A stretch of 64,000 nt of DNA from Candidatus Eiseniibacteriota bacterium (GTDB taxonomy: Bacteria; Eisenbacteria; RBG-16-71-46): NCBI GenBank assembly GCA_038231135.1, contig JBBRLX010000025.1:772-64771 (forward strand), read 5' to 3'. The position numbers and the translations under genes were made by a program. The notes beneath the pieces are model-generated. The model did no database searches and had not been told where the DNA came from. It was given only the letters and a program-made list of their open reading frames with translations. Each line of letters opens with the position of its first letter. Position 1 is the stretch's first letter. Of this stretch, positions 9,362 to 18,916 are shown piece after piece.

Positions 9362-10702
9362 CTATGCCGACGCCATGCTCGCATCCACCGCCTTCGCGAG
9401 AATCCCGACCGCCTCGTCCAGTTCGGCAGTCGTCACGTCGAGCGGCGGGCGGAACCGGATGCTGTGCGTGCCGCACGGCAGGATGATCATGCCGAGCTGG
9501 TAGGCCTTGACGATCGCCGCGTTGCGCAGTGCCGCATCGGCGAAGTCGATCGCGCACATGAGACCCAGTCCGCGCGGGTTCAACAGCAATTCAGGCCGAG
9601 CGGCCGCGAGCTGGTGCAGGCCCGTCAGCAGATGCGCCCCCGCCGTGGCGGCGTTCTCCACCAGCCGATCCTCCTCCATGATCTCGAGGAACCGCTGGCA
9701 GCGCACCATGTCGACCAGGTTGCCGCCCCAGGTCGAGTTCACGCGGCTCTTGGTGTGGAACACGTTCTCCGGCTCGTCGTCGAGCCTGGGGCCGCCGAGC
9801 ATGCCGCACACCTGGGTCTTCTTGCCGAACGCGAGCAGGTCGGGCTGCACGTCCCAGTGCATGTGCGCCCACATCCTGCCGGTGATGCCCATGCCGGTCT
9901 GGACTTCGTCGAACACCAGCAGCGCGTCGTTCTCGTGTGCCACGTCTCGCAGCGCGCGCAGGAACTCGGGGCGGAAGTGATGATCGCCGCCCTCGGCCTG
10001 GATGGGCTCGAGGATGATGCACGCGATATCGTCCTTGCGCTCGCGGAACGCGGCCTTGATCGCGTCCAGCGACGCCCGCTCGGCGAGCATCACGCGCGCG
10101 GTCTCAGCGGCGTCGACGGGGAATCGCAGGTACGGGCTCGCGACGCGCGGCCAGTCGAACTTGGGGAAGTATTCGTACTTGCGCGGGTCAGCGGTGTTGG
10201 TCAGCGACAGCGTGTAGCCCGAGCGGCCATGGAACGCGTCCGTGAAGTGCAGCACCTGGTGGCCCTTCTCGGCCACGGCGCCGCTGCGGAAGTTCTTGCG
10301 CACCTTCCAGTCGAACGCGGCCTTGAGCGCGTTCTCCACGCCCAAGGCACCGCCCGCCACGAAGAAGGTGTACGGCAGATACTGCGTCATCGTGCGCCGC
10401 GCGAACGTGTCGACGAACTCCGCCATCTCGACGGTGTAGACGTCCGAGTTCGTGGGGTTCGTCGCCGCCGCGCGCGTGAGGCGCGCGAGGAACGCGGGAT
10501 CCTGCAGCTTCGGATGATTGATGCCGAGCGGGAACGTGGCGAAACACGAGAACATGTCGAGGAACGTCCGCCCGCCGCGTGAATCGTACAGCCGGCGGCC
10601 CTGGCTCTTCTCGAGGTCGAGCACGATGTCGTAGCCGTCCGCCAGCATGTGGCGCGCGAGCGTCGCATGGACCTGGCCGGGGGTGATGGGATTCCTCGTC
10701 AT
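9362..10702 (-). CDS. lat: L-lysine 6-transaminase (class III aminotransferase)
   Basis: GGALGVENALKAAFDWK, AFHGRSGYTLSLTNT, EPIQAEGGD, FDEVQTG, FGKKTQVCG and NSTWGGNLVDM. ATG at 10702 overlaps the lrp stop. Confidence 0.92.
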   Translation of the reverse strand: MTRNPITPGQVHATLARHMLADGYDIVLDLEKSQGRRLYDSRGGRTFLDMFSCFATFPLGINHPKLQDPAFLARLTRAAATNPTNSDVYTVEMAEFVDTFARRTMTQYLPYTFFVAGGALGVENALKAAFDWKVRKNFRSGAVAEKGHQVLHFTDAFHGRSGYTLSLTNTADPRKYEYFPKFDWPRVASPYLRFPVDAAETARVMLAERASLDAIKAAFRERKDDIACIILEPIQAEGGDHHFRPEFLRALRDVAHENDALLVFDEVQTGMGITGRMWAHMHWDVQPDLLAFGKKTQVCGMLGGPRLDDEPENVFHTKSRVNSTWGGNLVDMVRCQRFLEIMEEDRLVENAATAGAHLLTGLHQLAAARPELLLNPRGLGLMCAIDFADAALRNAAIVKAYQLGMIILPCGTHSIRFRPPLDVTTAELDEAVGILAKAVDASMASA

Positions 10703-11196
10703 GCTTCGTCTCCTTCGGCCGCAGTCGGAATGAACGTGTGTTCCTTGATGGTCGACAGCACCATGACGGTGCGGGTCTGGCGGATGCCCTCGTGGGCGTT
10801 GAGCTGGCGGAGCAGCAAATGTTGCAGCCCGGTCATGTCGTGCACGCGCACCTTGAGCAGCAGCGAGAACTCGCCGGTGACGTGATGGCACTCGAGCACC
10901 TCGTCGAGCCGCATCACCTGCTCGATGAACGCGGGCTCGTAGCGCGGGTGTTCGATGAACACCTCGATGAACGCGGTGACGGACGCGCCGACGGCGGCGG
11001 CGTTCACGTGCGCGACGTAGCGCTGAATGACGCCCGATTGCTCGAGCTTCCGGAGCCGTTCGTTCACGGACGCGGTCGAGAGTCCGACCCGCCGGGCGAT
11101 CTCCGCCTGCGGCATCTTGGCGTCCTTCTGAACGAGCGCGAGGATCTTCCGGTCGCGCGAATCGAGCTTGTGATCAACGTTCGATGAAGCAGTCAT
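10699..11196 (-). CDS. Lrp/AsnC family transcriptional regulator
   Basis: LDSRDRKILALVQKDAK...VGLSTASVNERLRKLEQSGVI HTH and ECHHVTGEFS RAM domain. Confidence 0.93.
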   Translation of the reverse strand: MTASSNVDHKLDSRDRKILALVQKDAKMPQAEIARRVGLSTASVNERLRKLEQSGVIQRYVAHVNAAAVGASVTAFIEVFIEHPRYEPAFIEQVMRLDEVLECHHVTGEFSLLLKVRVHDMTGLQHLLLRQLNAHEGIRQTRTVMVLSTIKEHTFIPTAAEGDEA

Positions 11197-11311
11197 CCCA
11201 CCATTATAATTTCGGCAGACAAGCTATTCAACCTTAATTATTTCGTCGTACGGCACCGGACACCTAACATCGGACAACCCGCCCCGGCTCGTGTGATACG
11301 CTTGTCCGACT

Positions 11312-11941
11312 ATGATCTTTGCCCTCGATCTCGAAGGTGTTCTTGCCCCGGAAATCTGGCCCATCCTTGGGTCCCACTTCGACTTGCCAGCTTTGTCGAT
11401 GACCACCCGCGACACCGGCGACTTCTCGGAACTGATGCACCAGCGGGTCGCGGCGAGCCGGGAGCGGCACCTCACGCTCAAGGACCTCCAGTCCGTCTCC
11501 CATGGCGTCGAGCCCTACCTGGGCTCCCGGGACTTCCTCGCGTGCCTGCGGAAAATGGGGCAGGTGGTGATCATCTCGGACACGTTCCACGAGCTGTCGG
11601 AGCCGCTGATCCAGAAGCTCGGCGGCCACAGCCTGTTCGCGAACCAGTTCGAACTGGATGCGAATGGCATGCTCAAGGGCTTCAAGCTGCGCATCCGCGG
11701 CCAGAAGGAACGCATCGTGTCGGGGTTCAAGAGCGCGGGGTTCCAGGTGGCGGCGATGGGCGACAGCCTCAACGACCGCTCGCTGCTCAAGAGCTGCGAT
11801 TACCCGGTGCTGTACCGCCCCGTCGATGCGCTGCGCGCCGATTTCCCGGGCGCTCCGGTGGCGGTGAATCTCGACGAGGCGCTCGAGTTCATGACGACCG
11901 CGTATCGCAGGGCCCAGGAGCTGTACGCCAAAGGCGGATAG
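11312..11941 (+). CDS. thrH: Phosphoserine phosphatase / homoserine phosphotransferase ThrH
   Basis: LDLEGVLAPEIW, TTRD, IISDTF and MGDSLND match the ThrH HAD subfamily. Confidence 0.88.
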   Translation: MIFALDLEGVLAPEIWPILGSHFDLPALSMTTRDTGDFSELMHQRVAASRERHLTLKDLQSVSHGVEPYLGSRDFLACLRKMGQVVIISDTFHELSEPLIQKLGGHSLFANQFELDANGMLKGFKLRIRGQKERIVSGFKSAGFQVAAMGDSLNDRSLLKSCDYPVLYRPVDALRADFPGAPVAVNLDEALEFMTTAYRRAQELYAKGG

Positions 11942-11950
11942 GTAGACCCG

Positions 11951-12673
11951 CTACGACCGCGACACTCCGCGTGCCCACTCCAGCAGCGACGCGAAGTCCG
12001 CGAGGTTGTCGAGCGCCAGATCGGGCGCGTGGCGCTCCAGGTCGGCGCGGCGGGTCGAGCCCGTGCCCACCGCCACGACGCGGGCGCCCGCGGCCCGCGC
12101 GCACTCGATGTCGTGCTCGGTGTCGCCCACCACGATGCAGCGGTGCGGCGGCAGCCCGAAGGAATACGCCACGCGGGTCACGGCGAGGCACGCGAGCGCG
12201 TTGCGATCCACGGCCTCCTGCCCGAATGCGCCGAACGCGAATCGCGAGCCGATGCCGAACCGCGCGAGCTTGATCTCGGCCATGCCGGTCATGTTGCCGG
12301 TGAGCAACCCGAGCCTCCAGCCGGGCTCGGCGGCGATCGCGTCGAGCAGTTCGGTCACGCCCGGCAGCAGCCAGCCGCGGCCGGGATGCAGCAACGCCCG
12401 CATGTGCTCGAACACGGCGCTCCAGAATCGCGCCTCATCCACGTCCTCAGGACGCTTGCCGACCTGCTTCAGGATGTCCGCATAGATCAACAGCTCCGTC
12501 CGTCCGGCGAACGGGATGCTCTTGAGGTTGGCGTTGACGCCCATCACGTCGGCCACCGCTCCCGCGAACGCCTCGCGCGACGCGCCATCGGTCAGCAGCA
12601 GTGTGCCGTCGATGTCGAACAGCCACGCGAGCCGGGGCGCCGCGGTGCTGTGCGGGTTCGCGGCGGCGGACAT
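11951..12673 (-). CDS. HAD-superfamily hydrolase (phosphoglycolate-phosphatase-like)
   Basis: FDIDGTL, LLTGN and VVGDTEHDIECA motifs. Confidence 0.88.
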   Translation of the reverse strand: MSAAANPHSTAAPRLAWLFDIDGTLLLTDGASREAFAGAVADVMGVNANLKSIPFAGRTELLIYADILKQVGKRPEDVDEARFWSAVFEHMRALLHPGRGWLLPGVTELLDAIAAEPGWRLGLLTGNMTGMAEIKLARFGIGSRFAFGAFGQEAVDRNALACLAVTRVAYSFGLPPHRCIVVGDTEHDIECARAAGARVVAVGTGSTRRADLERHAPDLALDNLADFASLLEWARGVSRS

Positions 12674-12820
12674 GGGGGCTGGCCATGGGGGGTCGATCAC
12701 GGAAGTCCTCGATAAAGCGGGGAACCGGGAAACTGACGAAGCGCGCACAAGCGCGGCGGGGGACGCATGCTAGCATAGGAGGCTGCGGTGCCCTCGTTGC
12801 GCCCCCTGGGAGAGCGGACC

Positions 12821-14065
12821 ATGACGCTTCGATCGATCGCCATCGTGATGATACTGTTCGCCTTTCCGGCGGCCCATGCCGTCAACGCCGCCGCGGCCAC
12901 GAAACCTGCGGGCGCGAGCCCTGCTGCCCATGGGCACAAGGGAGCGGCCGTCCCCGCGGTTCCCGATGAAGCGCCGGGCCTGGTGCCCGAGACGACTCAG
13001 ATCGAAACCGGCGCCGACTTCGGCTGGGCGGAGACGCTCCACATCACGAATCCCGGCAGGGTCGGGCTCTACCTCGACAGCCTGTACTGCGACGTCGAGG
13101 ATCTCGATCCTGGCCGCACGCACGGCGTGCGCACGTCTCGCGTGTCCCTGACGCCCCTGGTCCAGATCGTGCACAGCATCCCGGCCGGTGACAGCTCGCT
13201 GATCGACTACAGCGGCCCCGCCGTATCGGAACACGCGCGGCTCGTCTTTCACCTGTTCGCGCACCGGGCCGACGGCACTACGGTGGCGCTCGACACCACG
13301 GTCGAGGCGGTGCCCGGCGCGTCGAAAACCTATGCGTCGCAGTTCGCGGGCGCCGACGGCAGCCGCGTGGAGTACGTGATCGTGCCCGCCCTCGGCGGCA
13401 CGGTGTCGCCTCCGGGCATCCTGCTCGTGCCGGGCGAAGGCACCGATGCGCGCCACTCGATTCGCGTCGCGCGCCAGATCGCGTCGCGGGGCTACACAGT
13501 CGCGGTCGTGAGCGTGCCCGGCTACGGGCAGTCCGACGGCGCGCCCGATCTGATGGGCCCGGCGAGCGTGACCGGCGCGTCGCGCGCGCTCGACGCGCTG
13601 AAACGGGCCGAGGGCGTTGATTCCACGCGGCTCGCGGCCTGGGGACAGTCGCGCGGCGCCGGCGTCGTGGCGTCGCTGGGCGCCCGCCGGCCAGATTTGA
13701 AGGCGATCGTGCTGCAGTCGGGGATCTACGACCTGTGGGCGGCGTATCGCGGCACCTCGGTGGCGGCGTTCCGCGATTCGATCGTGGCCGAAGCGGGCTC
13801 CGACAGCGCCGCGTGGCGGGCGCGGTCGCCGATCCTGTCGGCGGCGAAGATGCGCGCTCAGGTGCTGGTGCTGCACGGCGAACAGGACCCGGTGGCGCCG
13901 CCGGCCCAGGCGCATGCGCTCGTGGCGGCGCTCGAGAAGCGCACGGGCGCCACGGTCGAGTCGCACTTCTCGGCCGCCGCGCAGCACCAGATTCCGATCG
14001 GCGAGTCCCAGCACGTGGTCATGGAGTTCCTGGGACGGACGCTGGGGAACGGCACGGGACACTAG
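12821..14065 (+). CDS. Secreted alpha/beta hydrolase (S9-like) with an N-terminal beta-rich domain
   Basis: Signal peptide, GQSRG nucleophile elbow, LHGEQD acid and a C-terminal His (AQH). Confidence 0.8.
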   Translation: MTLRSIAIVMILFAFPAAHAVNAAAATKPAGASPAAHGHKGAAVPAVPDEAPGLVPETTQIETGADFGWAETLHITNPGRVGLYLDSLYCDVEDLDPGRTHGVRTSRVSLTPLVQIVHSIPAGDSSLIDYSGPAVSEHARLVFHLFAHRADGTTVALDTTVEAVPGASKTYASQFAGADGSRVEYVIVPALGGTVSPPGILLVPGEGTDARHSIRVARQIASRGYTVAVVSVPGYGQSDGAPDLMGPASVTGASRALDALKRAEGVDSTRLAAWGQSRGAGVVASLGARRPDLKAIVLQSGIYDLWAAYRGTSVAAFRDSIVAEAGSDSAAWRARSPILSAAKMRAQVLVLHGEQDPVAPPAQAHALVAALEKRTGATVESHFSAAAQHQIPIGESQHVVMEFLGRTLGNGTGH

Positions 14066-14224
14066 GTATTCCCGGGCGGAACCCGGCAAACCGCGCGGGC
14101 GGATCGCGCGTTCCTGCCGATTGCGCGAAATCCCGCTGCGCCGTGCGCCTTGCACGCCCTTACACGGCCTGTCCTGGGCGAAAATCACCGGATTTCCCGG
14201 GCGCGTGATAGACTTTCCGGTACC

Positions 14225-16879
14225 ATGAAAACTCGACTCGATCGCCTCGTTTCCAGCCGAAATCACGCCTCCCGCCTGCTGCCGGCCCTGTTGGCCGGGG
14301 TGGTTGCGGCCCTGTCAGTTCCGGCGCTCGGAACGGCCGCGTCCCGCGCCACGGACGTCACGGCGATCCTGCCCGCTCCCGCCAGTTCGGCGGCTGCGGC
14401 GGCCGCCTCCTACGCGGCCCAGCGCCCGCAGCTCGTCGCCATCGACTTCCGGCCGGGCATCGATCTGGGCACGCTGCTGCGCGCCGGGCTCGACGTGGTC
14501 TCCGAGCACGCCGGCAGCGCCGACGTGCTGCTGTCTCCGATCGACGCGGAACGCATCGCGCGGCTCGGCGTCTCACCCCGCGTGCTCGACGCCGATCCCG
14601 GCGCGACCGCGGCGCGGCGCTCGCGACTCGAGCTCGACGCGCGCACGGCGCCGCCGTCGACCCGCGTGCTGAGCGCCACGAGCTCCGACGGCCGCTTCAC
14701 GATCCAGTCGCTGCCGCCGTTCGGCTCGGGCTCGATGGGCGGCTACTGGACCGCGGCCGAGATCAAGATGAAGCTCGACCAGCTGGTGGCGAGCGACACG
14801 CAGAGCCTGGTCGCGGACAAGGTCGACACCGTCGGCTATTCGCGCGAGGGCCGGCCGATCTGGGGGCTGCGCATCACGAAGGCCATCGGCGGTCCCGACA
14901 CGCGGCCCGTGGTGTTCTACAACGCGCTCACCCACGTCCGTGAGCCCGAGGGCATGCAGGCGTTGTTCTACTACGTCGACGACGTGCTGGCGAAATACGG
15001 CTCCGATCCGCTCGCGACGTGGCTGCTCGACCATCGCGTGCTGTACATCGTGCCGCTCGTGAACCCCGACGGCTACGCGGTGAATGAGGCGATTTACAGC
15101 GGCAGCGGCGGATCCACGTTCGGGTTCTGGCGCAAGAACACGCGCGACAACAATCACAACGGGGTGTTCGACGCCGGCACCGACGGCGTGGACCTCAACC
15201 GCAACTTCGGCGTGGACTGGGGCCTCAACAACGTCGGGTCCAGCCCGGACTCGACCACCGACACCTATCGCGGCCCGTCGCCATTCTCCGAGGCCGAAAC
15301 GCAGGTCCAGCGTGACCTGGTGTCCTCGCTCAAGCCGGTCACCGGGTTCTCGTTCCATACCTACAGCGACCTGCTGATCCATCCGTGGGGCTACACCACC
15401 GCCCCCACGCTCGACAACGCCGCGTTCACCGAGTGGAGCGACGAACTCACGCGCGACAATGCGCTGCTGTCGGGTTCTGCGCCGCACATCCTCTACGAGG
15501 TGAACGGCGACTTCAACGACTGGACCTACGGCGACACGCTCGCCAAGCCCCGCGCATTCACGTGGACGCCGGAGATCGGCAGCGACGCCGACGGCGGCTT
15601 CTGGCCGCCGCCGTCGCGCATCACCCCGCTCGCGCAGAAGATGCTGCGGTCGTGCTACGTGGTGGCGGCGATCGCCGGACCCTACGTGATCGAGGACGGG
15701 GTCACGCTGCTGGAAGGCGCGATGAACGCCGGCCGGCTCACGAACGTGGTGGTGAAGGCGCGCAATCTCGGCGCGCGTGGCGCCACCGGCGCCATGACAG
15801 GCACGCTCACGGCGCTGGACACCGGTGCGCACGTGCTGAACGGCACCGTGAGCTATCCCGACGCCGGCCCGCGCACCACGGTGGCCCCGATCGGCGCCGG
15901 GACGTTCCAGGTGGCGCTCGACGACTCGGTCACGCCGGGGCGCCGGATGCGCTTCGAGGTGCTGTTCACGTCATCCGCGGGCTTCGGCCGCGACACCATC
16001 GTGGCGCTCGCGGGCACCCCGACCGTGCTGTTCAGCGACGGCGCCTCGGCGGGCCTCGCCAACTGGACCTCGCTGCCCGGCTCGTCCGCGTGGAGCGTGG
16101 TGCAGAACGACCCCGCGCATCCGAGCCGCTACTTCGCGGAAGACGGCGTCAACGACTACCCCATCAGCGCCGACGAACGGCTGATGCTCAAGCTGCGGCT
16201 CAACCTGTCGACCGGCGTGCACGCCTACGCGCTGTACGACGCCAAGTGGGAATTCGAGCAGGACTACGATGCGGGCGCGGTGGAAGCGACGTTCGACAGC
16301 ACGGTCACCTCGAGCTGGACCCAGCTCAACGCCACCGGCACCACGCCCGGCAGCGGCATCGCCCCTTCGCAGGCCGTTGGGCTGCCGCTCTACTGCGGCA
16401 ACCGCCGCAACTGGAAGGCCGAGATCGCGGACCTGTCGCCGTGGTCGGGCCCGGGGCGCACCCACGTGAACTTCCGGTTCCGCGGCCGTTCCGACGGCGG
16501 CGGCAACTTCGACGGCATGGCGTTCGATTCGCTGCGCATCGTGATCTTCAACCCCGCCGCACAGCCAACCCCGGTCGCGGTCGGCGGCGTACCGCTGCCG
16601 CACTACCTCGAGCTCGCGGCGCCCAGCCCGAACCCGACGCGTGGCCTCACCCGCTTCGACTTCGCGCTGCCCCAGGCCGGCCTCGCGCGTCTCGAGATCC
16701 TCGATCTCCAGGGCCGCCGGGTGCGCACGCTCATGAACACCACGCTCGCCGCCGGCCACTACGTCCATGGCTGGAACCTGCTCGACGACCGCGGCGTCCT
16801 GGCGCCTCCCGGCGTGTACCTCGCAAGGCTCGCCACGCCTGGCGGTCAGGTGGTACGGAGAGTCGTCGTCATCGGGTAG
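14225..16879 (+). CDS. Secreted M14 zinc carboxypeptidase with an immune-inhibitor-like domain and FlgD-Ig C-terminal domain
   Basis: HVRE, VNPDG, WRKN, GVDLNRNF, FHTYS and WTPEIG. C-terminus APSPNP...LEILDLQGRRVRTL...WNLLDDRG...PGVYLARL. Confidence 0.9.
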   Translation: MKTRLDRLVSSRNHASRLLPALLAGVVAALSVPALGTAASRATDVTAILPAPASSAAAAAASYAAQRPQLVAIDFRPGIDLGTLLRAGLDVVSEHAGSADVLLSPIDAERIARLGVSPRVLDADPGATAARRSRLELDARTAPPSTRVLSATSSDGRFTIQSLPPFGSGSMGGYWTAAEIKMKLDQLVASDTQSLVADKVDTVGYSREGRPIWGLRITKAIGGPDTRPVVFYNALTHVREPEGMQALFYYVDDVLAKYGSDPLATWLLDHRVLYIVPLVNPDGYAVNEAIYSGSGGSTFGFWRKNTRDNNHNGVFDAGTDGVDLNRNFGVDWGLNNVGSSPDSTTDTYRGPSPFSEAETQVQRDLVSSLKPVTGFSFHTYSDLLIHPWGYTTAPTLDNAAFTEWSDELTRDNALLSGSAPHILYEVNGDFNDWTYGDTLAKPRAFTWTPEIGSDADGGFWPPPSRITPLAQKMLRSCYVVAAIAGPYVIEDGVTLLEGAMNAGRLTNVVVKARNLGARGATGAMTGTLTALDTGAHVLNGTVSYPDAGPRTTVAPIGAGTFQVALDDSVTPGRRMRFEVLFTSSAGFGRDTIVALAGTPTVLFSDGASAGLANWTSLPGSSAWSVVQNDPAHPSRYFAEDGVNDYPISADERLMLKLRLNLSTGVHAYALYDAKWEFEQDYDAGAVEATFDSTVTSSWTQLNATGTTPGSGIAPSQAVGLPLYCGNRRNWKAEIADLSPWSGPGRTHVNFRFRGRSDGGGNFDGMAFDSLRIVIFNPAAQPTPVAVGGVPLPHYLELAAPSPNPTRGLTRFDFALPQAGLARLEILDLQGRRVRTLMNTTLAAGHYVHGWNLLDDRGVLAPPGVYLARLATPGGQVVRRVVVIG

Positions 16880-16894
16880 TCGGGATTCACCGAT

Positions 16895-16930
16895 CGAAAC
16901 GCCGCGGCCCCCATCGGCCGCGGCGTTTCG
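16895..16930. terminator. Hairpin / likely terminator
   Basis: CGAAACGCCGCGGCC-loop-GGCCGCGGCGTTTCG between convergent genes. Confidence 0.65.
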
Positions 16931-17089
16931 TGTGTCTCCGAACAGGTGTCGTTCTACGATGGCACGGTCGACGCGACGTCGCGCGAGCGCGGCACGGCGG
17001 CACTCCTGAACCAGCTCGGCGAGCCACTGCGACAGGCGCGGGCAGCGCACTCGACGCATTGATATAGCGACTCGCTGTGGGACAAACCC

Positions 17090-18631
17090 TCACGGCTTGA
17101 AGTACTTGTTCGGCTTCCCTTCCGTCCACGGGTGATACTCGATCGCGAACTTCACGCGATCGTAGAGCGGAGGATGGGTGTACTCGAACCACTCGAGCAC
17201 GACGGGCGGTTCGGGGTTCGACTTGTTCTGGGAGCCGAGCTTGATGAACGCGCGAGCCGCGGCGTCGTTCGTGTGAGTGACCTCGAGTCCGAATGCGTCG
17301 GCCTCGTGCTCGACGCTGCGCGTATAGGCGTTCACCCCCGGCTGCGCGATGAGGCTCACCAGGGTGAGCGCCAGCCCGAATAACGGGATCGACGCGATGT
17401 CGTGCAGCTCGTGGAATCCCCAGCGCTCGCCCCACCGCTTCACCGCCCACGTCATGAACACGCCGGCGCCGAAGAACAGCGCAAACGCCAACAACGCGTT
17501 GTAAACGATGCCCTTCCAGATGTGATGGAGCCGGTAGTGGCCCATCTCGTGGCCCATTACGTACAGGATCTCGTCGGTCTTCATGCCCTTGAGCGTCGTG
17601 TCCCACAGCACGATGCGCTGTGACGCCCCGAAGCCGGTCACGTACGCGTTGTACTTGACGGTCTGGGCGCTCTTGTCGACCTCGTACACCTTGCGGCTCG
17701 GGATGCCGGCCTTCGCGGCGAGCGCCAGGATCTGGGCCTTGAGCACCTGATCGTGGAGCGGCGTGAACTTGTTGAACATCGGATCGATCACGATCGGCTG
17801 GATCAACGTGGCGATCACCACGACCGGCACCGATCCGATCGCGAGCGCGATCCACCATCGGCGATACTTCTCGATCGCCAGGTACGCCAGCATCACCAGC
17901 GGAACGACGCCGAAGAACACGATGCCGATGCCCTGGTCCTTGAGCGCGTCGATGAACCATTTGGCGAACGTCTGGGTCGACAGGTGGTACTGGTGCTCGA
18001 GCGCGAAACCCTGATACCACGACAGCGGGAACGCGATCACAAAGCTGAGCAGCGAGTAGATCGTGAAATAGATCAGCATGCGAAGGTAGCGCCCGCGCGC
18101 CCGGGCGTTCGCGAAGTCGCGAATGCGCGCCGAGACCCGGCCGAACAGCAGGACCAGCGCGACGACGATCTCGAACACGATTCCGAACACGTCGAGCGCG
18201 ACGTTCGTCGTCCAGTACGCCCGATTCTCGGGCGTGAAGGTCGCGCGCACTTCGGCGAGCGGGTCGCCGTGAATCGTGCCGGAGGTGTCGGGGGCTCCGG
18301 TCGTCGCTGCGGATGCAGCCGTCGTATCGCCCGACGCGGGCGCGGCGCTCGTCGGCACGCCCGCGGCAGCGCCGCCCTGCACGACACGCGAGGCTCCGGG
18401 CGCCGCGGCGCCGGGAGCGGTGGCGCCGCTCACGGGACTCCGTGGCGTGCCCCCCACCGGCGCCCGCGTGGCGGTGCTCTCCGCGGCCTTCACGCGTGCC
18501 ATGCGCGACTGCGCCGTGCCGGCGTCCTGCGCGTGTGCCAGCGCGGCCAGGGACACCAGCGCCGCGACGGACAGCGTTGCCATCATGCGCGATCGGGGAT
18601 TGCGGCTCGGGATCATCCCAGCACCTCCCAT
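17090..18631 (-). CDS. M48 family (Ste24/CAAX-like) membrane metalloprotease
   Basis: NAYVTGFGASQRIVLWDT, HEMGH, EHEAD and YTHPP, with multiple TM helices and an N-terminal signal plus Ala/Pro/Thr linker. The true start could be a downstream Met. Confidence 0.9.
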   Translation of the reverse strand: MGGAGMIPSRNPRSRMMATLSVAALVSLAALAHAQDAGTAQSRMARVKAAESTATRAPVGGTPRSPVSGATAPGAAAPGASRVVQGGAAAGVPTSAAPASGDTTAASAATTGAPDTSGTIHGDPLAEVRATFTPENRAYWTTNVALDVFGIVFEIVVALVLLFGRVSARIRDFANARARGRYLRMLIYFTIYSLLSFVIAFPLSWYQGFALEHQYHLSTQTFAKWFIDALKDQGIGIVFFGVVPLVMLAYLAIEKYRRWWIALAIGSVPVVVIATLIQPIVIDPMFNKFTPLHDQVLKAQILALAAKAGIPSRKVYEVDKSAQTVKYNAYVTGFGASQRIVLWDTTLKGMKTDEILYVMGHEMGHYRLHHIWKGIVYNALLAFALFFGAGVFMTWAVKRWGERWGFHELHDIASIPLFGLALTLVSLIAQPGVNAYTRSVEHEADAFGLEVTHTNDAAARAFIKLGSQNKSNPEPPVVLEWFEYTHPPLYDRVKFAIEYHPWTEGKPNKYFKP

Positions 18632-18775
18632 GAGGTATCGACGAAACGTCGTGGTGCGGGCGAACCGTAGTGGCGATGGCTGCTACGCGCAATGATGAAA
18701 ACGAGATGCGCGGATCGTGCCCGGCGGCGGCGTGCGCGCATCACCCGCTACAGATCATGGGCCGGGCGCGGGCCG

Positions 18776-18817
18776 CAACGAAACGACGCGGTCCCCGAGG
18801 GCCGCGTCGTTTCGTTG
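18776..18817. terminator. Hairpin / likely terminator of the btu operon
   Basis: CAACGAAACGACGCGGTC-loop-GGCCGCGTCGTTTCGTTG, similar in sequence to the 16895 hairpin. Confidence 0.6.
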
Positions 18818-18916
18818 AGCTGAGGGTGCGCGCGCCGGGATCGTGAAAAGGCATGCTGAAAAACCCGGCGCGCGCGAGGAACTTGGATGCGAGGGGATGC
18901 GATCGATTCAGTTTTT

